Both the position numbers and the translations under genes were made by a program. The notes beneath the pieces are model-generated. The model had not been told where the DNA came from, did not search any database, and worked only from the letters and a program-made list of their open reading frames with translations. DNA of 64,000 nt from a virus (taxonomy: Duplodnaviria > Caudoviricetes). Shown here one piece after another: positions 42,544 through 52,700 of the stretch (the stretch's first letter is position 1; each line of letters starts with the position of its first letter). The DNA lies in IMG/VR virus record IMGVR_UViG_3300049793_000123, positions 1,919-65,918 of that record. One strand, written 5' to 3'.

Positions 42544-44517
42544 ATGAAGAAGATCATTCCAATCCTGCTACTCCTGTTCGTTGGTGTCGTGTTTGGGCAA
42601 GTTATTCCACCTCCGCAGCCACCAAGTGGCGGCTCCCAGACAAACTCATACCGGTTCAACAACACCCAGTTCTTGACTGCAAATGTCACGAACATTTCGA
42701 TCTTGAACGGGGCGTTGCTGACGAATGTGGTGCTGAAGACACCAGCCAACACGTCGTTCACCAACTTAGGGGCGTTGCTGTTCACAAATCGTGGTGGGTT
42801 GGCCAACTACGTGGCGACCTACGACAACAATCAGGTGCTCACCAACACTTGGGTGTCGACGACCAATCTCTCGGACTCGGTTCAGGCGACCACCAACTTT
42901 TTCAGCGTCAGCAACGGGGTGTCTTACATCCTGATCGGCAGCCCGTTCGCGTCATCGGGTGCCGCGCAGCAATACACCAACGGAAGTTACACCGGGTGGG
43001 GTGGCTGGATCGGCGCTCCACAGTGGATTGACCGGATCACGTTTTATGTCTGCCAGTGGGATGGCAGCAGTCCGATTACCACCGTCTCGGCGCGGTTGAG
43101 GAAGGATGGGCCGTTTGGCTCAATCATTTCCTCTAACTCCACTTCGGTCACGCCTGTCACCGGAACTCCGCTGGGCGTTTCACTTGATCTCGGGCAGACG
43201 CTCTACAACGCCGAACAGGCCAACCTGTGGCTGGAGTTCACTTGCAACGGAAAGAGCGGGTTCTACGGAAAATCCACAGGCACATACGATTTTCCGAGTT
43301 ACCCGATTGGCAGATACTACACGGTGCTGACTCCCGGCGCACCCGGAAACAGCTTGCGACTTGGGGCCACCACGAACTGCAACATGTTCGTCACTTATGA
43401 ACGCAGTCTTGGCACTGGCAGCACCCTGCTGACATCCGCAGCGGAATTGTTGGTGCAAGGCGCGGGCGCGAAGTTGACTGGAGCGACAAACCTCATCTTC
43501 CCGGAAGTGTCAGTTTACTTGCCGTTGACCAATTACTTCACCCCCGGCAGCCAGGGGAATTTGTTTTACAAAAACTTCATACGATCAACGGTGCCGTTGG
43601 AAAGTCTTGAGATTCTGCTTACGTGCTCAAAGGGAAGCGTGTTGGACGACAATTGGACCTATACTCCAACGCAGGCGGAGGTTGGGACGTATCAGATGAA
43701 TTTCGAGGTCAAGTGGAATGGCATGTCGCTCTACAACCGGCCAAGCTGGGTCAAGGTGGCGTCCACGAACGCCGGGATCGCGGTTAACCGAAAGGTGCTC
43801 ATTATCGGGGACTCGCTGACCGCAAACGCGATTTGGCCAGCCTACTTGGCTACCAACTTCGCCAACCTGCCGATGGACATCACCTTCATCGGAACGCAGG
43901 GACCAGTGGGCCAAAAGACGGAAGGCTACAGCGGCTACCGGTGGAATACTTTTGCGACCAATTCCAGCTCGCCTTTCGTGTTTGGTGGCGTGTTCAACTT
44001 CGCGACATACCTAGCGACCAACAGTTTCACGATGGCCTCCGGGGACTGGGTATTGTTTGAGATTGGCATCAATGACGTGTTCACGGAAACCAGCGACGCC
44101 AACGCGTTGCTGAACACACAGGCGGCGATGGCATACAGCCAAATGATGGTGAGCAACATTACCGCGACGGTCTCGGGCATTCGTATCGGCTTCCTTGGCA
44201 TCACGCCATTTGCGAGCCAGACGGCTTTCGGGCTCAATTACGGCACCCGTTCGCAAAAGCAATCACTGCGCAACCGGGACATCTATCAGGCCAACATGCT
44301 GGCCAACTGGGAGAACGGTTGCCCAAACAATCTTGGGGTGTGGGCTGGAACATCAGGCCAGCTCGACGGCCAGCACAACATGCAATGGCAGACTTTCCGG
44401 CCAAACGCCAACAATCCACAGATGGTGTACCAACAGATCGACGCCGTTCATCCTGATGAACCCGGCTACATCGACATGGCCGATGCCGTCCGTAACTTCC
44501 TCATTGGACAAGAATAA
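42544..44517 (+). CDS. signal-peptide-bearing protein with a C-terminal SGNH/GDSL hydrolase
   Basis: [18 protein letters not shown]|Q; IGDSLT, EGYSG, IGIND, DAVHP. Confidence 0.85.
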   Translation: MKKIIPILLLLFVGVVFGQVIPPPQPPSGGSQTNSYRFNNTQFLTANVTNISILNGALLTNVVLKTPANTSFTNLGALLFTNRGGLANYVATYDNNQVLTNTWVSTTNLSDSVQATTNFFSVSNGVSYILIGSPFASSGAAQQYTNGSYTGWGGWIGAPQWIDRITFYVCQWDGSSPITTVSARLRKDGPFGSIISSNSTSVTPVTGTPLGVSLDLGQTLYNAEQANLWLEFTCNGKSGFYGKSTGTYDFPSYPIGRYYTVLTPGAPGNSLRLGATTNCNMFVTYERSLGTGSTLLTSAAELLVQGAGAKLTGATNLIFPEVSVYLPLTNYFTPGSQGNLFYKNFIRSTVPLESLEILLTCSKGSVLDDNWTYTPTQAEVGTYQMNFEVKWNGMSLYNRPSWVKVASTNAGIAVNRKVLIIGDSLTANAIWPAYLATNFANLPMDITFIGTQGPVGQKTEGYSGYRWNTFATNSSSPFVFGGVFNFATYLATNSFTMASGDWVLFEIGINDVFTETSDANALLNTQAAMAYSQMMVSNITATVSGIRIGFLGITPFASQTAFGLNYGTRSQKQSLRNRDIYQANMLANWENGCPNNLGVWAGTSGQLDGQHNMQWQTFRPNANNPQMVYQQIDAVHPDEPGYIDMADAVRNFLIGQE

Positions 44518-44519
44518 CC

Positions 44520-46724
44520 ATGAAGACACTGCTCAAAATCCTTTTCTTTCTGGCGCTAGTTTTGCGCGTTTCAGCCAACCAATCCTGGCCGATTCTCAAC
44601 TACAACCCGACGAACGACTGGAACTTCCATCGCTCCACCAAGCCCGTCATTTTCGATATCCAAGGCGGATCACCGCTATTGCTCACACCGAGCGGGGTTC
44701 GACCCATCGGGCTGTCTCCATCCTCGGTGGTGTTTACGTCCTCGGACACGAATTTGACCACTACTGGAAGCATATCGGTTACAAACGGGGGCACGGGCCG
44801 GACTACCGCCATGTCAGCTTCAGGTGTCGTATTCCCAGACAGCAATGGGGCCTTGGCGAATGCGCCGACAAAGTTTGTTTACGACCCGACGAACTTCTTT
44901 GTTGGAATCGGACTTGGAAACCCTTCTTCGGCGCTTGATGTGCGCGTTAGTGGAGGCGCTCCATCCGCAACCTTTGGTCAGAAGACATCCTCCGGCACTG
45001 TCGGGGCTATCGGGTTGTTTGGAGGGCTTGATCTTGCGATTGTCCATTATTATCGCGACGGCACCAAGCTGGGCGGCATCACAACCAACACCGCCGACGT
45101 TACCGGACCTGGAAATATCGTCGTTTGGAACCACGAAACACTTGGGGTCGAGATGCCTCAGACCCTCACAGTCACCGGCAACATCACCAACACCGCCCTG
45201 ACGACAACGAGGCTGACCTACGCGACGACCGGCGGGAGATTGACGGCCAGCCCGCTCGCCACCGACGGCACGAGCATTGGATGGGGCACAGCCAGCCCAG
45301 TTGCACCGATTCACATTCTGTCGGGCGGAGCCACCCCGGCGTTTGTGGTGGGCACCCCAACCGGCACCGGCACGTCGAGTTCCATGCAAGTGGCCGGAGG
45401 TGTCAGGCGCGCGACATGGGCCTACCGGGATGGCACCCAGTATTCCTATTGGACCACGAATACTTTGGATCACACGGGCGCGGGCACGATGCTCCAATTG
45501 AACCATGTCACCTTGGGCGTGGAGGCTCCGAATACGTTGACCGTGACAGGGAACTTCACGAACACCGCTGTCACCGCCAGCCTTCCGGCCAAGTTTGGAA
45601 GCGGCAAGCAACTCACCAGCGGTGCCATCAACCTGAGTGGCTCCGAGGTCACTGGAAACCTGCCGGTTGGCAACCTCAACTCAGGCACCTCTGCAAGCTC
45701 ATCTACGTTTTGGCGCGGAGATGGGACTTGGGCTGCGCCCGCCGGAACTTTCAGCGGAACGCAGTTTGGATTGGCTTATTATCCAACCACGACCACGCTT
45801 GGGAGCACGGCGGCTGGCACCACCTCACAAGTGCTCATTGGAAACGCTTCAGGGGCTCCGACGTGGGGAGCAGTGCCAACTGCGGCCCTTCCAACCGTAA
45901 CAGAGGCGAAAGGTGGAACCGGCATTGACACTTCCTCCGTCACTCAAGGCCGTATTTTTTTCCAAAGCGGGGCCAGCACATTTGATTGGGACACCTACTT
46001 AAACTACAGCAAGTCAACCACCACGTTTTCAGTTGGGAATCCGAACGGGGATTTGACCAAGCAAACCCCGGGTTACTTCAAGAGTTATGTGTCAACGGAT
46101 TTTGACTACATGATTTCTCTGTTTAACACGAACACTGCAAGCTCAACATTGCATCAAGTGGGTGAGGCGGCGTATTTCGCCACCACGGCTGCGTGGAACG
46201 CGATTGAGGCCGGTGGAATAATTTACTCCAAGGAGCAGGAATGGACCGGCACCGCTTCCACGCAGGACGCGAAAATCATGTTCAGAGCAGCCAGAGATGG
46301 AAATCCGGTGACGCCAATGACGATATATGGATCAACAGGGAAGGTGGAGGTGGCTGCGGAGTTGAATGCAGCTACCGTAGTGGCGACTACCAGCATCACA
46401 TCGAATGGGGCTCTTAATGGCGGTGCGATCACAGCAACAGACCACATCACGATTAGCACAGCCGGAAAAGGATTGCGCATCAAGATGGGTGCGAACGCAA
46501 AAATGGGTCAGGCGATTTTAACCGGTGGAACCGTTACCATTAGCACAACCGCCATCACCGCATCTTCCTTGGTATTTCTTTCCAACGGACAGGCCGGAGG
46601 CGTTCCTGGAGTGTTGTCCGAGGACGCGGCATCGCGTGTGGCTGGCACATCCTTCAAGGTGGACTCCACTTCCGCTGCTGATGCGAGCGGAGTGAATTGG
46701 TTGATTATTGAGCCCGCCCCATGA
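44520..46724 (+). CDS. signal-peptide-bearing tail-fibre-like protein
   Basis: [19 protein letters not shown]|N; fibre motifs [18 protein letters not shown]...P...LDV; internal ~130-aa repeat. Confidence 0.7.
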   Translation: MKTLLKILFFLALVLRVSANQSWPILNYNPTNDWNFHRSTKPVIFDIQGGSPLLLTPSGVRPIGLSPSSVVFTSSDTNLTTTGSISVTNGGTGRTTAMSASGVVFPDSNGALANAPTKFVYDPTNFFVGIGLGNPSSALDVRVSGGAPSATFGQKTSSGTVGAIGLFGGLDLAIVHYYRDGTKLGGITTNTADVTGPGNIVVWNHETLGVEMPQTLTVTGNITNTALTTTRLTYATTGGRLTASPLATDGTSIGWGTASPVAPIHILSGGATPAFVVGTPTGTGTSSSMQVAGGVRRATWAYRDGTQYSYWTTNTLDHTGAGTMLQLNHVTLGVEAPNTLTVTGNFTNTAVTASLPAKFGSGKQLTSGAINLSGSEVTGNLPVGNLNSGTSASSSTFWRGDGTWAAPAGTFSGTQFGLAYYPTTTTLGSTAAGTTSQVLIGNASGAPTWGAVPTAALPTVTEAKGGTGIDTSSVTQGRIFFQSGASTFDWDTYLNYSKSTTTFSVGNPNGDLTKQTPGYFKSYVSTDFDYMISLFNTNTASSTLHQVGEAAYFATTAAWNAIEAGGIIYSKEQEWTGTASTQDAKIMFRAARDGNPVTPMTIYGSTGKVEVAAELNAATVVATTSITSNGALNGGAITATDHITISTAGKGLRIKMGANAKMGQAILTGGTVTISTTAITASSLVFLSNGQAGGVPGVLSEDAASRVAGTSFKVDSTSAADASGVNWLIIEPAP

Positions 46725-46727
46725 TCT

Positions 46728-47003
46728 ATGACCGAAGAAACCGAGATGCTCCAAAGAGCGGCGGTGACCGAGGCGGGGATTCCGGGCGATCCTCCGCAGA
46801 CGACCGTGGCGACATCAACCACGCATCCGATGCCCGAGTCCCACATCTGCGGCATTACGATCCGCGCATGGCTGGCTGTGATGGTAGTGGCAACCATGTG
46901 CATTATTGCCCTGTACCAGGTGTGGAAAACCGGGGTGATAGACGAGTCCTTCAAGGTGGCCTACGGGTTGGTGATTGGCCTTTATTTTGGGCAAAAGAAA
47001 TGA
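46728..47003 (+). CDS. holin-like 2-TM protein
   Basis: Two TM helices; C-terminal GLYFGQKK. Confidence 0.6.
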   Translation: MTEETEMLQRAAVTEAGIPGDPPQTTVATSTTHPMPESHICGITIRAWLAVMVVATMCIIALYQVWKTGVIDESFKVAYGLVIGLYFGQKK

Positions 47004-47036
47004 ATCATTACCGCTGTCCGTATGAAGCGTTCAAAC

Positions 47037-47273
47037 ATGAAATCCCAAGTTGAGTTTGCTGGCAAGATAGTCGGCCTGATATTGACTTTGGGAGGTCTGG
47101 TTTGGACTTCGGCGACCGCCTATGGATCGCTGGACGCGCGATCCAGGGCCACGGAAAAGGCGGTGGAAGTGCTACAATCTTTTCGAGCAGCCGACCACGA
47201 AGCATTGGTGCGGATCGAGGAGCAGTTGAAGATCGTCCGGCACATCCTTGAGGCCCGGCGTGATTCGCCTTGA
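47037..47273 (+). CDS. single-TM coiled-coil protein (lysis-associated?)
   Basis: N-terminal TM; LVRIEEQL motif. Confidence 0.55.
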   Translation: MKSQVEFAGKIVGLILTLGGLVWTSATAYGSLDARSRATEKAVEVLQSFRAADHEALVRIEEQLKIVRHILEARRDSP

Positions 47274-47330
47274 AATAGGCGGCTGGGCGTGGTTCATTGT
47301 GGGGGTTGAAGTAAAGAACGACATCCATCT

Positions 47331-47639
47331 ATGAAACGATCCATCCTAACCCTAATCGCCGCACTGGCTCTTGCCACGTCCGGCTGTACGAACCTGTCCC
47401 ACACCATCACCTCCAAGGATGGGACTCAAACCTCGCTCAAGATCACTGGGTTCATGAGCAACAAGGCGGTCGCCACGCTGTCCAACGGTGGCGGCACGGA
47501 GAAGTCTCAAGGCCGGTTGAAGATTGGCTCCATCAACGACGACGTGACGAGCCCGATGGCGCAGTTCACCGAGTTGCTCAAGGTGATGGGTGAGATCACT
47601 GCCAAGGGTGCCACCAAAGCTATCGTGCCGGCCCCGTAA
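47331..47639 (+). CDS. lipoprotein
   Basis: MKR + hydrophobic stretch + lipobox TSGC. Confidence 0.75.
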   Translation: MKRSILTLIAALALATSGCTNLSHTITSKDGTQTSLKITGFMSNKAVATLSNGGGTEKSQGRLKIGSINDDVTSPMAQFTELLKVMGEITAKGATKAIVPAP

Positions 47640-47657
47640 TCCAGCGCCTACCACGCC

Positions 47658-48182
47658 ATGAAACCCTTCATCATTTTCCTGATCGCCTCCATCACACTGG
47701 CGATTGCGGCTGAACCACCAAAGAACAGTCCAAAGGCACCCTCCAACATTGAAACCAGAGGCCCTAGCGGACCTGAATCAGTTGGAGTATCGACTGGTTA
47801 TCGAGATGGAACAAACACCATTGTAACCATTCCGGCGCGCGCGACCGAATGGCCAACCAACGGGGTCCATTGGACTCAGCTTTCCACCAAGCTCTCCGGT
47901 TTCTCGCCTGACATTGTTTACTACGAACTCAAAGGCACAAACTACGGCCTGAGTTTCAAGGTCGAAACCAACTGGTTCACCTCGCGCCGGGTGACCATTG
48001 AGGAGGCTAATCGCCCTCCGTCCATCGTGGACCGGCTGGACGGCCATGTGGAAACCAATCTCTATCTCGCGTTCACTTACAAGGGTCGCGAGTTCACCGC
48101 CATCATCGACACGTTGCCGTGTACCAATTGCCCGGCCTTTTACCGGGAAGTCAGTCAAAATCCATCCCCCACACCAAAGTAA
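47658..48182 (+). CDS. secreted Thr/Asn-rich protein
   Basis: Signal peptide MKPFIIFLIASITLAIAA; VETNW motif. Confidence 0.7.
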   Translation: MKPFIIFLIASITLAIAAEPPKNSPKAPSNIETRGPSGPESVGVSTGYRDGTNTIVTIPARATEWPTNGVHWTQLSTKLSGFSPDIVYYELKGTNYGLSFKVETNWFTSRRVTIEEANRPPSIVDRLDGHVETNLYLAFTYKGREFTAIIDTLPCTNCPAFYREVSQNPSPTPK

Positions 48183-48184
48183 CC

Positions 48185-48673
48185 ATGCCCATCGCCCCTC
48201 CCACTGGAACCAATACCACCACACCGGCCCCCGCCGGAGCCAACGTGATTCCATCCGCCGCCGACACGGCTGCCATGTTTGGCAACAACACCTCACCGCT
48301 GCCGCCTGGCCCCGGCGAAGGCGATCCCAACGCCGTGTTTACAAACCTGTTGGAGCAGCAGAAGGCTGCGGCTGATGCGAAGGCCGCTGCCGACAACGCC
48401 AAAGCCGCCAACGAGGAGCAGCGCCTCAAGGATGAGCGGCAGGCGCAGTTGACCGCCGAGCAGTTGGAGCGGCAATCTCGGTTCAAGGCAAACTCCGTGG
48501 CTCACCCGCTGTTTTTCGTCTTTTGGCAGACCGCTAAATTCCAACAAGATATGCTGGACGCAATGGCTGACTTGGTTCCGGCGGATAACGTGCGCGGCCG
48601 GAACGCCTACAAGTTGATGGCCACTACCTTCGCGGTTCATCAGAAGGCGCTGGAAGACCTCTCAACCCTTTAA
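48185..48673 (+). CDS. hypothetical coiled-coil protein
   Basis: ATG at 48185 just after the upstream stop. Confidence 0.6.
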   Translation: MPIAPPTGTNTTTPAPAGANVIPSAADTAAMFGNNTSPLPPGPGEGDPNAVFTNLLEQQKAAADAKAAADNAKAANEEQRLKDERQAQLTAEQLERQSRFKANSVAHPLFFVFWQTAKFQQDMLDAMADLVPADNVRGRNAYKLMATTFAVHQKALEDLSTL

Positions 48674-48678
48674 CCCCT

Positions 48679-49755
48679 ATGGCTGGCTCCACATTCTACG
48701 GAACGACCCTGACCGACCTTCAGGGCGGAAGAACCGCGCAAGACCGTATGGATGCGGAGCGCCAGCAGTTGGCTCAACGGCTGTTCGCTCAGGCCGCGCA
48801 AGGCATGGCTGAGCGAATGGCCGCGCAGCAGAAGGCGCAGCAGGATCGCGAATACCAAAGATACGCGTTGGAGCAGCAGGACCGTCAGGCGGCTGCTGAT
48901 CGCGGTTTGAGAGGGCAACAGCTAACCATGCAAGGTCAGGCTGAGATCGAGCGCCAGAAGGCCGAGCAGGCGCGCACGGCTGCCATCCTTGAGGCGGAGC
49001 GCATCCGCAACCAAGGCATTTCAATTCAGTATCCTCAGGGCCGACTCGACCCCAAGATGATGGAGCAAATCCAGAAGCAGAATGACGCGGCGGCGCAGAG
49101 TAATGCGATTGCCGAGGCAGCAGCACGGGAAGCCAATGCGCTTCTCTCCCAAACGGTCCGTGGGGCAACCGATGTGGCTGTGGACGCTGGAAAGCCATTG
49201 ACCAACAATGACGAATTCCACTGGTACAAGCCTTGGGGGTGGAGTTTGCCATCCACAACCGCCAAGAACGACGCAACAGCTCAAAAGGCCATCGGAAACA
49301 CCTATCGCGACACTCTGGCCAAGAGCGTTGATGCCATTCGGCTGAAGCTTGGGGACAAGGCCCAGTACCTGAACTTCAACGGCCGCTCTTTCGAGCCTCT
49401 GAAGCTGCCTATCCACGAGCTTCCTTCGCGGCAGTCATTCCCTGGCACTGAGGTTCCGAGCGCAGGCGGGTTCGATACCGATCTGTCTGGCCGGGTTGGC
49501 GTGGATGTGCCGGTTGTGAACCGAGTGTTTCCGGGCACGGCCCCGGTCATCCACGCCGTTCCGGCTGGCACCAACCAATTCCAACTTATCAATCCCGCCA
49601 TTAACCAGCCGCCCGCGCGCAATGCAGTTCCCAATTTCAGATTCGATAGCAATGGCAATTTGATCCCGATCAAAGTTGGCGCAATTGACGAAGCACCGGA
49701 AGACCCTTATTCGGACATCCAGCGCAGGAACCAATACTTCGCCAGCCTGTACTGA
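48679..49755 (+). CDS. internal virion/ejection-like protein
   Basis: Q/A/R-rich coiled-coil N-half; precedes the giant gene. Confidence 0.55.
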   Translation: MAGSTFYGTTLTDLQGGRTAQDRMDAERQQLAQRLFAQAAQGMAERMAAQQKAQQDREYQRYALEQQDRQAAADRGLRGQQLTMQGQAEIERQKAEQARTAAILEAERIRNQGISIQYPQGRLDPKMMEQIQKQNDAAAQSNAIAEAAAREANALLSQTVRGATDVAVDAGKPLTNNDEFHWYKPWGWSLPSTTAKNDATAQKAIGNTYRDTLAKSVDAIRLKLGDKAQYLNFNGRSFEPLKLPIHELPSRQSFPGTEVPSAGGFDTDLSGRVGVDVPVVNRVFPGTAPVIHAVPAGTNQFQLINPAINQPPARNAVPNFRFDSNGNLIPIKVGAIDEAPEDPYSDIQRRNQYFASLY

Positions 49756-49771
49756 TGGCCATGCCTGAACC

Positions 49772-52700
49772 ATGCCACAAATTGCAGAGATCGAAGGGAT
49801 TGGAAACGTCGAATTTGACGACAGTTTCACACCGGACCAAATAGCCGACAAGGTTAAGAACGAGGTCATCCCGCAGTTTCAAAGGCGCAAGGCGCGGCTT
49901 TCCCAGCTTACTGCCGAGCGGGCTCAATTCGAGAACGAACAGGCCACAAGGAGTCCATCACTCAGCGACAGGATGGGTGCGGCCACCATCGCGGCACTGG
50001 ATCAAGGTCCGTCTGAATTCCTGCGACAGGGCTATTCGATTCTGGAGGCTGGATCACGCCCATTCAGCGCGTCAGACAGCCAAATCTTCGCACGCAAGGC
50101 TCAAGCCGCGAGGGCAGACGTTCAGCGCGCCGCCGAGGAGGCCCAGACACTTGATCCTTCAGCGACTGGCCGGGTCGCTCAAACCGTTGCCTCTACGGCC
50201 ACATCCTCCGCGCCACTGATGGCAGCCTCGGTCGTGGCCCCCATATTGGCTGGCCCAGCGTTGGCCGTGAAGGCTGCCGTGGGCGCAAGCGCATTGGCCG
50301 GTGCTGGACAATCCTTTGGCGCGGTCTTCAACGACGCCAAGAACACCTACATGGAGCAGGGTTTGTCGGAGGACGAGGCCGCCCGGAGATCATACGTGCC
50401 CGCCATTGCGTCCGGGGCGTGGACTGGCGCTCTGACATCAGCCTTCGGTGCCACGGGTATTCAGGCCATCGCGAAAGGATTCGGCAAAGAGTCGGCCAAG
50501 GCCACATTCATTGGTATCCTCAGAAACGCCGCGCCCGAGGCTGTCCACGAGATGAGCGAGGAGGGTTTGGACCAGCTTGGCCAAGGCTTTGTCGAGCGCC
50601 TCACCTTCAACCCCAAGAAGACCATCGCCGACATCGCGGAGGAGACGCTCATGGCGGGACTGGCTGGCGGTTTGCTAGGTGGCGGGGCCAATGTTGGGTT
50701 TGGGTTGGCTGGAAAGGCTTCAGAAGCCGTGGATGCCGGTCGCACCGCATTCGACCAACGCCGATTAGCAACCGCGTTCCAAAATGAGGAGGCTGCCACG
50801 GATCAAGCGAGTGCGGCCCGCGCTCTGCGAATGTCAGACCGTTCGGCGGTGCAGGCGTTGGACCCCAATCGTTCCGCGCAATACTTCGCACCGAGGCAAA
50901 CTCCAGTTCCGGGGAATTCGGTCGAGACGCAGCGGAATTTCGCACAGCCCGGTCCAGCGAGCGCACCACCTTCTCAAGGCCAGATGTCCTTCGTCCTTCC
51001 CGACGAGGTTCGAGCGCAGATGGCACAGCAGCTTCAGACGCCTAATTTGGTGGCTGAGATTGCGCCGCCGCCAGTTGTCATGGAATCCTTGGTTGCCGCC
51101 GCTCCAACTACCGAGCAATCCTCGGCAGTTGCCCCACCAATTGCACAACCATCAACTGAAACTGCCGCCGTCCCGGTCGCGGAGACGGCGACCACAACCC
51201 CAACCCAAACTGCCATCGCTAATGATCTCCAAGACATCTCAGGGCTACGAAGTGAAATCCAGCCAAGGTCGACCACTCAGCAAGAAGAACCTGTCGCTCA
51301 AACAAGCCAAGAAGCGGCTCCAAATCGTGGAATTTTTCAAGCACAAGAAGCAGTCCAAACACCGCCCGCTGTAGCCAATGGTGTGTTCTACCGATCTGGA
51401 ATCACATCATCGCGTGAGGGGGTTACCTATGTGGCTGATGATCCAACAGTTGCTGCATTGTTCGCAGAAGGTGGTGAGTTTGGGAGGCCGGGAGCAAAGC
51501 TTGAAACACTGCGTGGTAACCTGAAGATTTTCGACAGCCGATCCGCATCACCGGAGGAAACTTTGCACATATTGGGCCGCAAAGCCCTTAAATATGTGGA
51601 GCCTGATGGGTTGTTGAATTTCACCGGTTTCGAGGGTGACCCATCCATTCGCCAAAGATTGCAAGAAAGCGGTTACGACGCGATCCGAATATCGGAGGGT
51701 TCAAATGGAAATTCAATCGCGGTTTTGAATGAGAGTTTTCCAAAGCTTTCATCTGGATCAAATCCGCCCGTTGTAACCACCGAACAGCCACACGGATTCG
51801 TCTCTCTGGTGGATTTCAATTCCAGCGCGTTGAACCCAAAGGTTGGAACGGCATTCGATGTCGATCTCCCAGATGTTTCCACGCCCGGAAACATGGTAGC
51901 GCTGGAGCAACGACTGTTAACTGGCGCACGTCAATCATCGGCACAAGGCTCAAAACGCAGCATCACGCACAAGTTCCTCGCGGTGGTCGATAACAACGAT
52001 GGGCAGGTTTATTTGCTTCCGGTTTATGAGGACACCAAGAGTGGATTCGCCAACACAGTCGCCCCAAATGCGGCTGGCGAGCCTCGTGGCCAGAGGTTGA
52101 GCCGTGTGCTTGGTGAGAAAAGCGCGGGAGACATCAGCGAGCCACGCTACGAGGTCTTGGAAGGCGTCCGCCTCAAGAATCCGGCGCGCACATTCCCGCG
52201 CACGTTCACCCGCGAGGAGTGGAGCCAGATTCGCAGCGACGCTTTGGCTGAACAGGAGGCCACGACCAACAAGCTGGTTGGAGATGTGGAACCCGCCGAA
52301 GGATTGATCGACACACCGACTGCTGCGGTGGTTGAGGCGGTGATCCCGCCGGGCCACTTGGCCGAGCACGATCTGCGCGAGATTTTCCGACTGTATCAAC
52401 AGAATCCTGAACTGAAGGAATTCGCCACGGCGGCATCGCCAATCATTCAAGCCATCGAGCGCGAGGAGCGCACGGTTTGGGAGCCTGCCACATTCGCTCA
52501 GCAATTGAACGCTGTGCTGAACGCGAGGCCGCAGACATTCGACCAGTTTTACGACACGTTTGACCCGAGTGGTTACGCGGAATGGAAGGAGCGAACGATT
52601 CGCAGCAACCGGTCCAAATATGCGGGTGGACCTCCGGTTTCTGGCACAGCGATTCCGCAGACTCCCGGGCTTCCGACCACCTTCGCCACACCACAAGAGG

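Noticed and set aside
42544-46724. Diversity-generating retroelement target
   Set aside because: No reverse transcriptase and no adenine-specific TR/VR pair seen; the internal fibre repeat is a diverged duplication.
47022-47639. Canonical Rz/Rz1 spanin pair
   Set aside because: The genes are not nested or overlapping and the lipoprotein lacks a Pro-rich o-spanin pattern; a spanin role is not excluded but is unsupported.
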